64,000 nt of DNA, from positions 814,360-878,359 of the forward strand of contig NMRA01000064.1 in NCBI GenBank assembly GCA_002633005.1, read 5' to 3'. The first letter of the stretch is position 1. The number at the start of each line of letters is the position of its first letter. The DNA comes from Phoronis australis (Eukaryota > Animalia > Phoronida). Positions 25,551-37,745 of this stretch are shown one piece after another. The notes under the pieces were generated by a model that saw only the letters and a list, made by a program, of their open reading frames with translations, ran no database searches and had not been told where the DNA came from. The translations under genes were made by a program, and so were the position numbers.

Positions 25551-28500
25551 ACTGCTTTACTTGAAGAGCGCATTAGATTCACCAGGCACGGAAAAATGGC
25601 CAAGACCTGTTAGAACACAACGCCCAGTACAAACACGCGCCTCCAGGTCGTTCTGACAACACGATTTCAATTTTGTAAACAAAAAAAGGCGAATCTCTGT
25701 GTTCAGTTTTTTTTTGATACAAGACATAAAAATAAAGCAATCTTTTTGCTGGCTCGAATTTTTGTTTTCATTTTACATGCAACAGATAGATGCACCATGA
25801 CGTGTCCACATAAATGAACGCATAAATTGTCATCAACCAAAGTAGGCCTAGGCGATGTAACACGAATTTGCTGCCCAGATTCATAATGCATGTTCAAAGG
25901 GAATATTTCAACTCGACAAATCAGAGAATATCCCACTGTCAAGTACTTCTTATCTAGTTCATATGCACCTAATTGGCTCAGTAAGAACCATGAAGATCCC
26001 TCTTAACACTCTAGTTTACCCACTCAGCATCTTTCCACTGATAGGCAATATCGAGTTATGAAATGTTTATCTGAGCTATATTAAAACAAGCTTGCCCTAT
26101 TAATTACGAACCAGCACATGTTGCTCCTGACGGAGTCCATAAATGGCCAGGCTTAGCATCTGATTGTTTATAGACCCATTAAATAAACCTTGTACACGGA
26201 CCTCTCAATAGCCTCGATCTTTGAACAATAAGAAATAAATTAAACATAACGTACATAACGGTACATAATCTCAAAGTGGACATTACGTGCAAACCGGTGT
26301 TTTCACCAAGACTTGTACTGTGTGTGTGTTAGCGTGTTTGTTTTGCACATAAAACCGTGGAAGGCTTATCTGAAAGTGGGGAAACAAAAATCGAGGTCAG
26401 TGAAACTGTCAGACCAATTGACCGAGTGTTCTTGGTTAAAATGCTCTGAAAGTCGTTTCGCTGCGCATGATGAAGTTCGAAAAGTCATTATCATTTACCC
26501 TGTTAAAAGTTTTTGTGGTGCCAGGCTTTAAAACACTGTGCAGAGAAGTGAACGCGTCATAACGAAGTGCTGGCTGGACCAAATGCAGGAGATATGGAAA
26601 TGCACGCGCAGTTGGAAACGTCACAGCTATGCGTAAAAGCTTAGACAAACTATAAACCCAACACAGCTGCTTACTAACCTAAGTTCAATTTCAATTTTAA
26701 AAGGTCATGAAGCATTGTGGGTAACTCAACCCATCAGTTAAGTGACTGAGGAAACAAAAAAAAAAACAACAACAAAACATGTACAAGTACTGGATACGTT
26801 ACAAGTAAGGAAAGCAGGAAGGGTTCGATCTTTTTTCGTAAAATTGTCGTACAGTTGACTGAGATTAAATATTAATGTCAGGTTTTTGGAAAATTGACGA
26901 TTTAAATTTACTTTAATAGCTTAAACAAGGCACACATTCCACCGTTGTATGAAATTACTTGGGCAGGTGAAAGTGAAATTCTGTCTCCAAAAACCAGCAG
27001 GACTTGTTAAAGATCCACCTTTTAATTTTTTTAGTATGCTGGTAGCAATCGTTTCACCTCACAATGTTAAAGCGGATATGCGGGTTTGCCCCGACTTTCC
27101 CTAAATCATCACGTTCGAAATCTTGGGTGTGCAGTCAGTTTGCTTTATGACGCTTGCATTCATAACAACACAAAACACGAGCCTCCTGCAGGATGTCATG
27201 GGATTGTTTCATGCAAACGCGAAATTTTAACCTTGGTAGGCGTTAGGTTGAAAATTAACCTGCCCTTGAACATTAGGCTTTATTATTAGCCTGGATTTCG
27301 AAGATAAATCACGAAAGAACTTAGCCGTTTTGCTCTGTTTGCTGGTAGAAGATGCTCAAGCAATTAACAAAACGAGTCGTTTCTCCTCCGCACAGATGTT
27401 TGACCAATTAGGCCAACGTAGTAATATGAGAACGTGTTTTACGCTGGTGTTTTCGTCTTCGGCTCTTGTTATTTTACCAGAAAGCCATCATTGTTTATCA
27501 TCTTCAAAGGTAAATACACTGAAGTAATTTCACATAACACAGCGTCCAAGCATTATGCTGGGTATTTTGTAAATCAACCAGCTGGGATACTGTTCATGAT
27601 AAACATAAAAAATTATACACGTTAAAAATGTGAAATGTGAACAAAAACCTAAACTTCAAATTAAACCATACAACGACGGTATTGTCGCCGTGCATTTCAT
27701 AGAATTGCTGTGTGCTTGCGTCCTGAGATACCCCTCTGCCTGCAGTATTGCATTACGGTGACTTCACTGCAGTAATATAACTTGACGTTAAACAAACACA
27801 AGTGTATTCATGTACGACCCCAAGAAGCGCGACGTCTTCATCAGGAACACATGCGATCTAACGTAAAGCACGTTGAAGCATTGGTTGATACATGTTGCAT
27901 CAAAGAATAGTCAACCTAGACCAACAGGGACCCTATTTGATCATAGGTGTAGCTAAAAACAAACTGGCAAAAATAAAGTTATTTTGTTTGGTTATCGCCA
28001 GAGGCTGACACGCCGAACTGCCCCTCCTCCTAAGTGCAATTTGTCTTGAAGTGGTGAAAGTAAAAAGTATTAAACAACGTCACTTTTTATTCGACTTGAG
28101 TAGAGCGCAAATTGGCGACCAAATAATACACGCACTGCTTAGCAAACTGTCTTTCTTTATAACGCTGAGTAGAGTTTATTTAAAAAACAGGGTTTTATTG
28201 CTTCAGCAAATTCATTTTCTAAACATCTCCTATACACGCAGAGCGCAACGTTCAACTTCTATGAAATGTTGCCAGAGGAATAATAAAAACGCCTTCTCGA
28301 TACACAAGACACACGCAGACACTTTGCTGTAGAGATAATTGTGAAATGCCCAGTTCAGCACGCCCTTGATCTGCCCCAGCCATTTATAGTAGCGGTTAGC
28401 AATCTTCGAAGTCGAATTGGACGGATAAGTACGGGTTAAAACCAGCAATAAGGTTTAAAGTAAATGTGTTTAAAGCGAACCTTCGACGACATGGACAACA

Positions 28501-28737
28501 AAATGACACTATGCAAACAAAAGTACAAACCTTTTGTAAATGTGTTTGTTTTATGTTCACCGATGATAGATCCCGCGGCTTTTGCTTTGAGTTTTTCATA
28601 ACACTAACACACTGTCACAATTTGCACCCAATGTTAATCAGCGAAATATAAGAAATATAAATCTGATATGGATCTGACTGACTGAACTATTGTGAACTTT
28701 GGGGGATTCATTTCTATGAGATCAATTTTTTACTTAC

Positions 28738-28845
28738 CTTTGCTACCTGCAAGGGCATTTTGAAGTCAGCACCCCCTTGCAGACGAAAACCCCAGGGACC
28801 GCCGCCTGAGAGCTTGACCGTGAAGCACTCCCCGCTGTTGTCCAT
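28738..28845 (-). CDS. SYNPO2: Synaptopodin-2-like protein, first coding exon: PDZ N-terminus MDNSGECFTVKLSGGGPWGFRLQGGADFKMPLQVAK
   Basis: Canonical PWGFRLQGG.DF PDZ start of the ALP/Enigma/SYNPO2 type, donor AAG|GTAAGT, phase 0. Too short for the ORF track. Confidence 0.93.
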
Positions 28846-29084
28846 TTCTGAAATTTGGGGGCGAAAGTATAAGGCGCCGTCACTCGAATAGCGTCCCCGA
28901 ACGCCTAATAGTGCTGCATTCTAAGTTTGGCCAAGAGCCGTGATTCAATACATCATCTGTCTTAGTTTACTGAAGTGGAGGCTGCCACGAAAACAAGAAA
29001 CAGAAGGAGCGTGAACAACGAAACGACTACAATGTAGGTTATACTGAATCACGAAATCCAAATGAGTGAGTCTAAGAGCTCTAC

Positions 29085-29186
29085 CTGACTGTTTCCAACT
29101 CGCTGTAGGCGATACCAAGGACTTGGCTCCAATTGATTGTGAACAAGAGGGTGATCGCTTCAGGCCTCGTCAGAATCTATATTTAA
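29085..29186 (-). promoter_or_regulatory. Candidate promoter and non-coding first exon of the synaptopodin-2-like gene
   Basis: An acceptor tttCAG lies 2 nt before the ATG (28850-28848), implying an upstream UTR exon. There is a donor CAG|GTAGAG at 29084. CTATATTTAA (29177-29186) fits both a TATA-like element and the MEF2 consensus YTAWWWWTAR. Confidence 0.3.
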
Positions 29187-30441
29187 TATGCAGCGCTGTC
29201 TACTAAATAAACTTTCAGACAGAACTTGGCGAGTCTGTAAACCATAAATAAAATGTTCGTTCGCTTGGTACACCGACTTGATTGTTTATGTAGCACCGGT
29301 ACTAAAAGTCAAACGATGTTTTCTACGTAATGTACTCTAATTATCTTGTTTACCTTCGGTTTACATATTTTGAAATGTCCTAATGTGCTCGAACGCGTTC
29401 GCCCATTTCTAACTAAGGTGGCGAAGATCGGCATAAATAACGAAAATAAATCGAATTAATAAGCATTTAAGAAGTTGCCGAGATCATTCCGAAGTGGCCT
29501 TGTTGACTCAGTTCGTAGTTAGACAGCTAGTATCATACAGTTAAGTTGGTTGTAAACTTTATGTTATTCTGGATGGGGAGGCCAAAAACGCCACTCGTGG
29601 TAAATCAGAGGCTGCGAGGACGTATTTTTCCTTGGAGAACAGTGGTTGTCCCCGGTGATAAATAGGAGAACGTGAAATAAAACAACTCTTCATTGGAAAG
29701 ACATGTTTTATTATTACCATCTTTAGAATTCATGATTAAATGATGATTGAATGTTTTATGAATTCATGAGTACGGTTCAATGTATGCCTATCGAGGGTAT
29801 CAACTACTAAGTCATACCCTATCAGTCGACTTAAATGGTCCACCGTTATAAAGCTCCTGACCTGCGTATGATCAATGTTTTCTTGTTTATTTTATTGGAA
29901 AGTACACGCGGCCTCTACAGTAACATAAGGGCCGTACTGGATTGAACTCTCTTAATCTTTCGCGGAAGCATAAAATGCATTTCATTACCTACTTTTCAAA
30001 ATGTCAGGCCCTCATGGGTGCATTAACAGCAATAAATATCCAGCACTCACATTTATGTTTTTTTCCTTTCTTTTTGCTGTCAGCATTGTAACTCAAAATA
30101 CGCAAGTGTGTCTTCATACATGTGCATGAGATAGTGACGTGTACATTTGCACGTGAAGAAGCAGGTCACGTGTGCTGCATTGTGGGTAAATCCCATAAAA
30201 TGAGAGAGATGAACTGGTATCAGGTCAGGCCCATTGAAAAGTAACGATATTTCTATTCCCAGATGCACAGTAAAAACCAACTCTTCGATTCTGAGTTTAC
30301 AAATGAGTGGCACCTGTTTTTCGATTCTGAAGTTTGACAGGCAATTTTCCCCATTTGTACATAGGCTCGCAAGAAAAATTTTGAAGCGGCGATGATAAAA
30401 ATGAAATTTATGCTACTGGCGTAATGTGTATCACAGTCAGG

Positions 30442-30615
30442 TTATTTCTCAGTTTTCTTCTCCACCACGGTTGTAGACGAGAATGTCTTGTAGTCGGTCG
30501 GAGTGTCTTCTGCCCACGATTGAACCTTTCCGGACGCGAAAACACCGAAGAAGAGTATCCCCGTAATGTATATGGCAGCAGCTATGAAGAACACAATCCT
30601 CCAATCGTCAGCAGT
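30442..30615 (-). CDS. SLC17A5: SLC17 transporter, last exon (TADDWRIVFFIAAAIYITGILFFGVFASGKVQSWA...KTEK*)
   Basis: Final TM helix with W..VF.IAA.IY..G..F...FASG..Q.WA motif. Acceptor cttttaTAG, TAA stop. Confidence 0.9.
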   Translation of the reverse strand, partial: TADDWRIVFFIAAAIYITGILFFGVFASGKVQSWAEDTPTDYKTFSSTTVVEKKTEK

Positions 30616-30890
30616 CTATAAAAGTACAAAATCCTGGTTCAAAACACGCTGCGCATTCTAATACGTGTAAACTAATCAATCAAATATATAGCGCAAAATA
30701 TAATTCAAGCTTGACGAGCCCTGACCACCAAATGCGAGAGTCTCGAGTCCAAAGTTGTCTCGATAATTGACGAATTGAGTGCCACGCTTCGGCCAATTCC
30801 TCCAATTTCACGCGAAGTGGTTGATTAACTTTTGAGTCGAGTCTGATGGTCACTGATCATGGTCATGCATTGGAAAGTAATGATTGCGGA

Positions 30891-31521
30891 TGGGAAGGAC
30901 AGACCTTCAGATGGGAATGACTGACCCTAACATGGGCGGAGCTATAGCCCCCCCAGGCCCCCTGTGGTACAGGACCAATAGACCATGGGCGCCGGAGCAG
31001 TGAAGAAAGTGAGGGCACTAGCCCCCCCCTCCAGTCCCCTACGGTGCGCCGCCCATGCCTAACATCGGAAGGACGGGCGAAAAGTAGAAAGGACGAACCT
31101 ACAAAATGGAACCATGAAGAGGACGGAGAAGAAACTGAAAGTACGGGGTTGTGGAAATACTTTTTCAAAACTTAAAATGAATATCGACTTTTGGAGTGGA
31201 TATCTTTAGCCGTGCAATAGCAACGTGGCCGGCTGATGGTGGAAACATACGTTTTCGGTAGGAAAATTTTATTTTATAAATGAAATATAATTTTCCAGTT
31301 TTTGGCCAGAACGTAAATTATGAAACCGTGACGGAAAATGTACTGAAGTTCAACATTTGTCACTCGACACGACGACGAAATACCGTAGCACGACATCAGG
31401 CGCGCCTGCTGATACCCGCGGCAAAACTTATGAACAAGAAAAATCGCGATGTCTTTATTCCCGTCATCACAACCCCGTCCTCGTCATTTCCTCTTTCTCA
31501 TCTGAAGGTCCGTCCTTCTCA
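30891..31521. mobile_element. MITE with ~27-bp terminal inverted repeats, containing a nested 127-bp CATGGGCGG..CCGCCCATG element (30931-31057)
   Basis: tgggaaggacagaccttcagatgggaa versus ttctcatctgaaggtccgtccttctca. The nested element family recurs at 56383-56454. Confidence 0.65.
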
Positions 31522-32073
31522 CACTGTCCATACTTCCTATTACATGAACACCCTGAAACTGCGACCTTGAAACTGCGACGTTAATAATTACCTTGATTGC
31601 GCATCTAGTTATCTATGTCTATTAAACAAACAAAATAGACAAATTATATAGTGACACATCACGTTAAAGGGGCATTACCGTGGAGAAACATCTTTTTCCT
31701 GAGATCAGTTCCAGCGTGGAATCGAACCTGTAATCCTGGCGGCGCTGTTAAACAAACATTGTCGGTTTTACGACCAAAGCGTATTTTGGAAATATTGCTG
31801 GATAGGATAGACTCCTAAAATATATTGGCTTCCACCAGAGCAATAAAACAACATCCGTTAGTGTAGTTTCTTAGCTCTGGTCACTGCCGATAACATCTAC
31901 GATGACAGGAGCCACAGCATTCAGACCACGCTGAAGTTGCTCTTCGAGAATCACTTTTCTGTATCATAATTATCTCCCTTGAATAAAGACATTATAACAA
32001 CCTTTATTCAAAATTCCTTAAAATGGTCTCAGTGGTGAATCACTTACCGTGACATTGAAAGTAATATCATTAC

Positions 32074-32166
32074 CTTATTTTTTACGACGAATCCAGTTAC
32101 AGTTGGTGATAGGATTCCTGCCAATGTGGCCATTGTGTTGGAGATGCCAAAAACTATGCTTGCGTA
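32074..32166 (-). CDS. SLC17A5: SLC17 transporter exon (YASIVFGISNTMATLAGILSPTVTGFVVKNK)
   Basis: Matches the SLC17 YA.I..GI.NT..T..G...P motif. Donor AAG|GTAATG. Confidence 0.88.
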
Positions 32167-32194
32167 CTGGAATGGATGACAGATTAATTTACAG

Positions 32195-32265
32195 TTATCT
32201 TCCACCATTCATAGTCAAGGTGCTGGTTATGTAGGTAGCAGAGGCAGTGCTTTCACTGATTTGTC
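32195..32265 (-). pseudogene. Apparent damaged remnant of the SLC17 TM9-10 exon (GQISESTASATYITSTLTMNGGR*)
   Basis: A phase-1 acceptor tttgCAG continues the frame from ...FVCIG, but a TAA follows after 23 codons and no NHLDIAP-like segment is found between 32166 and 35231. Confidence 0.4.
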
Positions 32266-35230
32266 CTGCAAACTCTTTTTACATTGGGCGTAGTCGAATG
32301 AATTTCCCGTTCCATTCGGAACAACTCAGAATTTTTGTAACGTCATTCGCAAGCATTCTTTGCCAAGGTCATATGTTTCCAAATTTCGTTATAAATTGTG
32401 GTTGTCAAATTGTAAAAACATAACTCCAGACAAGTTTCAACCAACAATGTAATAAAATTTCTGAATTTCAATGAGAGTAAAATGTGTATCAGTCTTCATT
32501 TTTGATGCAACCGAGTTCTCAGACTAATACTTTTTGAGAAAATTCCTGAGTTTTAGAAGAAATATGGCCAACTTCTTGCGCACAAGAAACTGAGAACCTG
32601 GTGTCACGACTTGAAAGTTAGTGTTTTAAGGGTGGCAGATGCACGGTTTGTTTTTCCACGTTCCTCTTTAAAAAGTATAAACTTTAATGTATGTCGTTTT
32701 AAACATGACCCACAGCTTGAGAAAAAGCTAAGAAATTTTTTTTGAGAGACTAGCTTGTTAATGAAAAACATATTTAAATTAACCCCGAAATCTCATTTTT
32801 TCATGATGACTTTTCCAAAAAATGCTGTCACAGATTTCAAAATCTTCCAATAGTTTTATTAAGTCACCAATACACAATTATGACCATAAAGCAATTATAA
32901 CATACTGTTTTTTGTATTTTGTTTTTGAGATTTGGCAAATACACATTCAGTTAAAATTCCAACTTCATACATGTATCAAAATGACTTAAATTATAATCAA
33001 TTTAAATAAAATCCCTAGCACGGCTTGAAATTCACTTGTACTAGATTTCAAAATTTTTATTGCGAAAAAATTGACCAAAAGATAGTTGAGAAATAAACTT
33101 GATCGTGTTGCCATTACTGTGAAATACTGAGCTAAGATAGACGTGTTTAAAGTTTTGCAGTTATCATATGCTACTTTTGGCCAACTTTTACTGAAAATGT
33201 GTGCATATAGTGCTCCAGTTTTACCGAACATGGCGAAAAGACACCAGAGGGCACTTTCTATCGCAAAATAACCAATTCTTCAGTTGGTGTATTGCCACAT
33301 TTCAGCTTTTTTCTTCAGACCCAAGTCCAACATGTCTGCTTGGTCTATTGTGCATTTTGACAATGGAGCTTTGTGTGGTGGTGTGATAATTGGTCAATTT
33401 GTGGTCTAAGCTCCTGGATTCTTACAGTGAGCTAACTACTAAGTCTGTGGAGCAGCACCATAGGAAAAGGAATTTTCAGAAATGTGGTTAAAACGACAAC
33501 TATTCACTTTTTAAGTCAATTTCATTTAATCACGAACATGTAAACGAATAATCCAAGTTTCAGACAATATAAAAATTTAAAAAACTGTTAAAAATCCAAA
33601 ATTCACTCTATAAACCCTCCTTAAGACTCTGATTAAACATGTCTTTTGGTAACCAAGGTATCATGGTGGTATAACCAAGAAAGAAGTGATCTTGCGTGAT
33701 GGTATCTAATATCCTGATGGTTCTTCCCGAGAACTTGTGTACTACATGTACGTGAACGCATTTTAAAGTTATGTATGACCTTATTGACAAAACTATAGAA
33801 TTTGTTCTCAACCTTTTATTCAATATAATAAGTGCTGTACTATAGAATTAAACTCAGTGAAAGTATTTATTATTTTCTGAAAATACAATGCCCAGCGTGC
33901 CAGTAATTTGGTCACGTGGATACGCATTTTTGGTAAAATGTAGTAAAAAGGTACTGTCACTGCAAAACAGCGGCGTGACCAGTTTTCGTTAATGATATAA
34001 TTGTTCACGATGAAATCTCAAAAACACTGTTAAAATGTTTTTAACTTATGATGTCGTTTTCGTTTTTCAAGCAACGGTTGAGTTTTTTAAAAAAGTCATC
34101 AAAGCCTTTCTTTTAATAGCACATCAGTTTTAGAGAACATCGCATAAAGCATAGTATCTGAATCATCTGAACCTGATCTGCACTTTCTGAGATATAATTT
34201 TTCGAATTAAAAACCAACTTCGGACATTTTCTAATGCCCTACGTAACATTAAATAACAACTACTTGAAAATTTAAAATCAGTTATACCTTTGGTGCAATG
34301 TCTAACGGTATGGCGAGATAACCGGCGTGAGAGAATCCTGTAAAGCCTATAGCCATTGTGAGGCAGACGACAGCGGGAACCAGCTTCAGTCTTAGCGCAG
34401 CTATTGTCATACATACGGCGCAACAAGAAAACGCTACAAAATTAAACAGAACCAGGCAAACGGTTAGATAATTAATTTAGATTAGGCCAGGTCTTTTGAA
34501 ATGATGGCAACTAGATAATTTTCTTCTTAAAACAAGGATTAGACAAAACCTGAGCAACAGAACCAGTCCAAGGATGTTGTTATATGACACCTTACGACTG
34601 AACCTGTCGAATGATCTCGGTTCATGGGATCCGTGTACATGAACGAACCCGTTCAATTATGATCTCAATTCTTTGCACACCTCAACATATGCAAACCCGT
34701 CCAACAATCTCGGTGTTACATGTACGAACTCTCGGTCGACATACCGGTACACCAATCCGTCCAATGACCTCGGTGTATGGCACGCGAGGAGTCGTAGTCA
34801 ATCAATATTAAAGGGAACCAAATGAATATGATGCGCGTTTGCGAACCAACCAATATCTTGTTCTTTACAGCACTCCAGACGAGCTGACTGATTCCAATGC
34901 AAGAAATGAAACTGACAATTCTGCCAAAATTCGCTAAAGTCAAAGTGCATAGCACGGCCTTAAACTCACTGAGAGTGCGGGAAAGGGAATGTTACATTTT
35001 GTATAACCAAAAATGTGTTTCACTGAAATCTGCAAATCGTAAAATGTTGACTATGAAAAATTTGTTGTTTGAAATCAACATTATAACTAAATGTTAGCAT
35101 GGCTTTCCCTTTTGCATTGCTGTAAATCGCTAGTCAAAACGACGCGCATCCAAGCAAAAGCAGAGATCTTAATTTCTGTTAGAGGTTACTATTCTGGGTA
35201 CCAGACCTTGCCGAAGGTATAATAATTTAC

Positions 35231-35363
35231 CTATACAAACGAACAGCTTTCGTGTGGCTGTGGTTGACAGGATACCTCGACCTATGAGGAAGTCGGCAAT
35301 ATAACCAGACGACATGACGCTGAGGCCCATTGCTAGATAAGGCAAAGCTGCCACATAACCGAT
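35231..35363 (-). CDS. SLC17A5: SLC17 transporter exon (IGYVAALPYLAMG...TATRKLFVCIG)
   Basis: G...ALPYL...G.IADFL...LSTT..RK motif. ttttcTAG acceptor, GTAAAT donor. Confidence 0.92.
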
Positions 35364-35684
35364 CTAGAAAAGAATGACCGTAGATGAGAGCTACATTGGG
35401 TTATAAGATATTTGCCATTCATGTTTGCAAAGAATCCGGAACTTTTTGATACCTTCAATTGCCTTGCAATAGTAAGCAAAGCGAGCAGACGATGATATCA
35501 AGTCTTTCTACTTCGTGATCGGAAAATGTTTGTCACCCACTAACAGATAATAGGGAACGTGCACACTTATTTTACCCCTAGGATCGCTAGTAGCATGAAT
35601 CGTTCCGGTCTCCAGTTTCTCGTGCATTTGCTATAGACTGTGTTTGTTTGTCACTGGTTTTAAGTATATTAACCCCCGTATTTG

Positions 35685-35829
35685 CAGTGGCGGATTTAGG
35701 GGGAGGGGGGGAGATGGCGGCAAAGGGGCCAATTCTTCCAGATTCCATGTGGCATTTCAGGGGTACAAAATCTTGGGTAATACTCTGCCATGGGCTTCCC
35801 CCAAACTCAAAATCCTAGATCCGCCCCTG
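35685..35829. mobile_element. hAT-type short MITE
   Basis: Ends cagtggcggatttagg and cctagatccgcccctg are inverted repeats starting CAG. Confidence 0.65.
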
Positions 35830-37595
35830 ATGTAGATCGCATTTGTTGAAAATGTGCTTGCTTCATTCGTATTTTACGCAACATATGTGTTTTCCTAAAG
35901 ACTAGTTTACGGTTGAAACATTGTGATTGCCAGTGGCTTCCCGTGTGTCGACCGCAAAATAAACTGAAAACACAAATTAGCATTTTTCGTCGAATATATC
36001 CTAATCTTGTGCAAAGGGTCACTTTTGGATATTCGGTGTTCAACGGTGTGTTCTTATCGTAACCTTTTTAATAATTCAAAATAAAGAATGCACTACAAAA
36101 ACATCGTTCGTACCTCGCGTTGCATTACAGCTTTTCCTTTCCATAGTGGTTGTACGTATATCGTACGGACACATGAATAGGAACAGTTTACTGGAATTCA
36201 CATCATCAGAATACTAAGAAATGCTGGCGTAGACGATTTATATTTACAAATAATAACACTGAAGCCGAGGGGTACTTCAAAAATAGTACAATACACGCGG
36301 GTTTATCATCGACAGATTCGTTACAGACGAGCGCGCTTGACAGGTCAAGAAGTCTACAGGCAACTTTTGGGCATCTTGTAACTAGCAATTGTTAAGCAGA
36401 TTAAAAAAGCAATCAATGAGTTTCTTCATATTGCAGGGTTTATATGTGCTCTGACAAATTGGCAGATTGACAAATCTCTACGAACGGGTTACTTTAATGA
36501 AAAATTACTATAAAACAAATGGACCATTTTTATTCGCGCCACCATCTAAAACCGTGTTTTTTATTGTGCCGGTTCTTTAAAAGTGTGCGTTTCCCAAGCT
36601 TTTACTAGCAAATGTAGTGGTATGCTTTCCGAATAACCAAGTGTGTTGCAACTATTCACTCGTACGATAAATCGTCTTTTTTAGTTTTCACCAGGTGGAC
36701 ATAAGAAAAAGTTCAATACTGACGTAAAGTAATTATATGGTTTCTTTTTAGTTTAGAATAGTACGAGGAAAGGGTAAAGATCTCGTCTAGACCCTCAACT
36801 TTGTACAAACTTCACAAAAGTTAATGAATAACTGGTACATCCTCTGGCGGAGGTAAAAACACGGCTATACTTTAATTGTGAATTAGTCTTCAAAATAATA
36901 AAAAAATCTAAAATGCGTGAAGAAGAATTCGAATGTCACTATATCAGATTCAATTATTGCCATTAACATATCGACCAGTAAATTGCGGAAAACAAACGAT
37001 AAGTGATCCAGCCTACAACAAATACACGTGAAGGTGGCATCCGGAATGTCCCTATCACCAAGTGACGAGATCGTCTCGTCCCACGTACATGTAGGCTGAA
37101 CTAGAATTGCCTTACAAAATGCCGTGGAAATGGACAAGATTTCATGAGTACCCTCAAAATAGTTCATCAACGAGACAACGAAGCCCAGTTATCGAAAGCA
37201 GGAAATGGTCTCTTAGCATTTCGAAGCCCGGTATGATAAGATAATATGCTTTCTGCGTCTGAGATACGCCAGTGAGTGTTAGCGAGTGTTCGCTTACGGA
37301 GCAAACCCACGCTCCTAGCGATCCCAGAAGCGAATATGAATGACTATAGTAACTCACCCATTTAAGTAAAATTAATATTTGATTATCGAAAAAAACATCA
37401 ACGTTGACATGACTGGCCATTTCTTCCAAAGTCAGACCCTTTCAATTCAAACGCAGACGACCTTTCAATTCATTAAGCTGGTTAGGTTATTTGCAAACAT
37501 GACTGAGATCATTTTGTTTCGGTTAACCAGTCTTTTAAATAATTTTACGCTAAAAGTAAGAAAGACATGCCAGTTTATAAATGGACTCGTCTAAC

Positions 37596-37745
37596 CTCAT
37601 CCATGTCGAAGTTCAGGACTTCTTTCATGAACGTCGGGTACTCCGTCAATATGGTATAATTTCCCCAGTGATCGACGAACTGTGCCACTGCCATCGCCCA
37701 CAGGGGGAGACACGTGATGAGATGCTCAACGGGAGGAAAACCAGG
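37596..37745 (-). CDS. SLC17A5: SLC17 transporter exon (PGFPPVEHLITCLPLWAMAVAQFVDHWGNYTILTEYPTFMKEVLNFDMDE)
   Basis: P.WA..VA.F...W..YT.LT..PT.M..VL.FD motif. Phase 0-0, acceptor ttcttcAAG, donor GTTAGA. Confidence 0.9.

Noticed and set aside
33700-33735. Minus-strand frame reading VLGKNHQDIRY, resembling the missing SLC17 NHxDIAP motif
   Set aside because: Upstream residues are not hydrophobic, there are no fitting splice sites, and the DNA looks like repeat sequence. Treated as coincidence.
34598-34782. CRISPR array interpretation of the repeat-spacer-like stretch
   Set aside because: Eukaryotic intron, repeats too divergent, irregular spacing, and no cas genes.
34716-34955. Hydrophobic 79-aa ORF considered as the missing SLC17 exon
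   Set aside because: No SLC17 motif. It largely falls within a TTAAAGG...CCTTAA bounded repeat-like segment.
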